In this document: in pieces, positions 62,031 through 64,000 of the stretch
Position numbering within the stretch: position 1 is the stretch's first letter
Layout: the number at the start of each line of letters is the position of its first letter
NCBI GenBank assembly: GCA_900539345.1
Contig: UQBS01000005.1
Span: 610-64,609 of the forward strand
From: an uncultured Coriobacteriaceae bacterium
GTDB lineage: Bacteria; Actinomycetota; Coriobacteriia; Coriobacteriales; UMGS124
Length of the DNA stretch: 64,000 nucleotides
Direction: 5' to 3'
Position numbers and translations under genes: made by a program
The notes under the pieces: model-generated
Seen by the model: only the letters and a program-made list of their open reading frames with translations
Databases searched by the model: none
Told to the model about the DNA's origin: nothing

Positions 62031-62458
62031 ACGCACAGCGCCGCACGCGAGGTTCCGCAACTCCTCAAAAGCGGGTTCTCGTCCGCAAGGCGTCGGGAGG
62101 CGATGCGTACTAGGTCTGGAGAACGCAGCAGACGAGGTTCCGCATCCCTCTAAAAGCGGGTTCTGATGCGCAAGGCGCGCGATGCCGACGTGCGCGGTGC
62201 GGGCCTTTGGCCTACTGGAGTACTCTAGGCCCTGCGGAACGCAGCGCATCAGGTCCGCATCCCACTAAAACGCAGGTTCTCACGCGCAAGGCGCGCGGAG
62301 TCGATGTGTACTGGAGTACATGAGACTCCGCGGAACGCGGCGCGTGAGGTTCCGCAGCTCCTCAAAAAGCGGGTTCTGATGCGCAAGGCGCGCAGGGCCG
62401 ACGTGTACTGGAGTACTCTAGGCCCTGCGGAACGCAGCGCATCAGGTTCCGCAACTCC
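62031..62458 (-). repeat. nested-palindrome repeat element, array B (four tandem hairpin units plus a half unit)
   Basis: Hairpins at 62071-62143, 62156-62258, 62271-62355 and 62369-62452, separated by 12-13-nt linkers (ATCCCTCTAAAA, ATCCCACTAAAA, AGCTCCTCAAAAA). On the minus strand each hairpin is followed by TTTT(T). Ends ...GGTTCCGCAACTCC immediately before the reductase stop codon. Confidence 0.9.
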
Positions 62459-64000
62459 CTAGTTGGCGAACTCCTGGCCAAGGATGTAGGCCTCGGTGGT
62501 AGTACGCCCGCACGCAAGGCCGGTGAACAGGTTGGGGTAGCTCACGCAGAAGAAGCCGCCCGAGCAGTCACCGATGGCGTAGAGGCCCTCGATGGGGTTG
62601 TTGTCCTGGTCGAGAACCTGCATGTGCGTGTTGATGAGCAGGCCGTCGAACGTGGCGAGGTGCCAGGCGCCGGTGCGCACGCCATAGAAAGGCGGCGTGT
62701 CGAGCTTCGTGAGGCGGTAGGCCTCCTTGTAGTAGTCGGGGTCGGCGCCCTCGTCGCAGTAGCCGTTGTACTTCTCAACCGTGGCCGCAAGGTTCTCAGC
62801 GGGGATGTTGAGCTTCTCGGCAAGCTCCTCGATGGTGTCGGCCTGCTGGATGTAGCCGTCCTCGATAAGCTTGGCGTTCATGTTGTTCCACACCACGTCA
62901 AACGGGATGTTGTTCTGGGCACCGTTGTCGAAGGGGAACAGACGACAGCAACCGACCTCATTGAGCTGCTCAGCCTTGGCCTTGGCGTCGGAGTCCCAGA
63001 TGTCGCAGTAGGTGTGGTAAGGCTGGCTCCACGTGGAGTGCAGCATGTAGTCGTAGGGACCGCTCTCGTTGCAGAAGCGCTCGCCGTTGAGGTTGACCTT
63101 GAGGAAGGGCTGCTCGCCGAACCAGAACCAACGGCCCACGACGCCATTGCCGGCAACCTCGTCGGGCATGACGCAGCAGCGGTTGAACAGGATCGAGGTG
63201 CCAATCGGGTCCTTGCGGGCACCGAGCCACATACCAGCCTTGATGCCGGAGCCGTCATCGGTGGAACCAGAGGTGCACAGGATGCGACCGTCGACGATCT
63301 CGGGCTGCAGGGCGCACATCATCTCGGAGTTCGTGGAGTAACCACCCGTGGCAAGTACGACGCCCTTGGAAGCATTGATGCGCACGTAGTGGCCATCGGT
63401 GGTGTCCTGGGCGATAGCGCCGGTCACGCGGCCGGACTCGTCCTGCTCGAGCTTGACCAGGGGGCAGCTCCAGCGCACCTCGGCACCGGCGTCGATGGCA
63501 GCCTGGCGCATGACCTTGGTGTAGGAATCGTCGTCGCCAGCGGCCTCGGTCTTCTGGGGGCTGTGGCCCGTGGCGTAGGCGCGGTCGCGACCCTCGCCGT
63601 CCTGGTTGCCGATGCCACCCTCGAACTCCATGACGAACTTGCCGGTAGCCTCGATGGTCTCGGTGATCCAGTCGATGACCTCGCCGGAGCGCTGAGCCCA
63701 CATCTTGATGAGGTCATAGTTGCAGAAGCCGTTGGCGTAGCGGACGATGTCCTCGACGGCGTCCTTCTCCTCAATCTTGAACTCGGGGAACTCCTCGAAG
63801 GAGGCCAGCTGGAGCTTGGAGTTCATGGCGCCGATGTCCTCGCGCATCTGCTGGCAGGTCTCCTCGGCGTCACGCTCGATGACGAGGGTCTTGCTGCCGT
63901 TCTGTGCGCAGGAAAGCGCGCAGGGCACACCGCCGGTGTTGAAGCCGCAGACAAGAACCTCGGTCTCGAGGGTCTCGGTGATGTCGGCCTCGGCAACCTC
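62459..64000 (-). CDS. FAD-dependent oxidoreductase of the fumarate-reductase/urocanate-reductase flavoprotein family (5' end outside the window)
   Basis: The reading frame stays open to nt 64000 (…EVLVCGFNTGGVPCALSCAQNGSKTLVIE = dinucleotide-binding start). VLATGGYSTNSEMM. C-terminal GLYAIGDCSGGFF, typical of FAD_binding_2 reductases. Confidence 0.85.
   Translation of the reverse strand, partial: EVAEADITETLETEVLVCGFNTGGVPCALSCAQNGSKTLVIERDAEETCQQMREDIGAMNSKLQLASFEEFPEFKIEEKDAVEDIVRYANGFCNYDLIKMWAQRSGEVIDWITETIEATGKFVMEFEGGIGNQDGEGRDRAYATGHSPQKTEAAGDDDSYTKVMRQAAIDAGAEVRWSCPLVKLEQDESGRVTGAIAQDTTDGHYVRINASKGVVLATGGYSTNSEMMCALQPEIVDGRILCTSGSTDDGSGIKAGMWLGARKDPIGTSILFNRCCVMPDEVAGNGVVGRWFWFGEQPFLKVNLNGERFCNESGPYDYMLHSTWSQPYHTYCDIWDSDAKAKAEQLNEVGCCRLFPFDNGAQNNIPFDVVWNNMNAKLIEDGYIQQADTIEELAEKLNIPAENLAATVEKYNGYCDEGADPDYYKEAYRLTKLDTPPFYGVRTGAWHLATFDGLLINTHMQVLDQDNNPIEGLYAIGDCSGGFFCVSYPNLFTGLACGRTTTEAYILGQEFAN

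Noticed and set aside
62031-62458. Possible CRISPR array (regularly spaced conserved segments of about 29 nt such as GGTTCCGCATCCCTCTAAAAGCGGGTTCT).
   Set aside because: The would-be spacers (about 70-90 nt) are homologous to each other (AAGGCGCG, GTACTGGAGTAC, GGAACGCAGC). They form the arms of hairpins together with the would-be repeats. The period is not constant, and no cas genes or leader are present. It is a palindromic repeat array, not CRISPR.

Overview
High-GC (roughly 60-65% by eye) actinobacterial chromosome segment. The gene content suggests Coriobacteriia, possibly Eggerthellaceae-like; this is an inference from the membrane LuxR plus flavoprotein reductase pair, the multihaem cytochrome, the Ech hydrogenase and the SepF/DivIVA division genes. 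Almost every gene lies on the minus strand. Left to right: (i) an accessory block with a McrBC-type IV restriction module and a MerR-linked redox/detox cluster; (ii) guaA, ychF, a multihaem cytochrome c fused to an FMN_bind domain, a polyferredoxin, lysS, greA, tatA, tRNA-Pro, TraX and a CPBP protease; (iii) a Firmicute-like metG-tatD-rsmA-veg-ispE block; (iv) a six-gene Ech-type (group 4) [NiFe] hydrogenase operon; (v) rsmI, a small low-GC insert, recO, an unusual DeoC-like gene, a ybeY-era fusion, galE, vsr, a lipoprotein and a degenerate PLP-enzyme homologue; (vi) a complete dcw division/cell-wall cluster (mraZ to ftsZ, then pgeF-yggS-sepF-yggT-divIVA) that lacks murE; (vii) xerD, pyrG, a membrane-anchored LuxR regulator and a 5'-truncated flavoprotein reductase. 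The signals most worth a second look are: (a) a family of about 85-117 nt nested-palindrome repeats with compensatory stem changes, arrayed in tandem and abutting the TAG stop codons of two unrelated genes; (b) a DeoC-fold protein that has lost its catalytic lysines and carries a roughly 110-aa Cys/His/Asp-rich insert built from a repeated 24-nt unit; (c) a YbeY-Era single-polypeptide fusion; (d) a NapC/NrfH-like multihaem cytochrome fused to an FMN_bind domain with a covalent-flavinylation motif, next to a polyferredoxin; (e) an AT-rich triple repeat resembling a XerD half-site. All domain calls come from reading the translated ORFs by eye. No database search was run.
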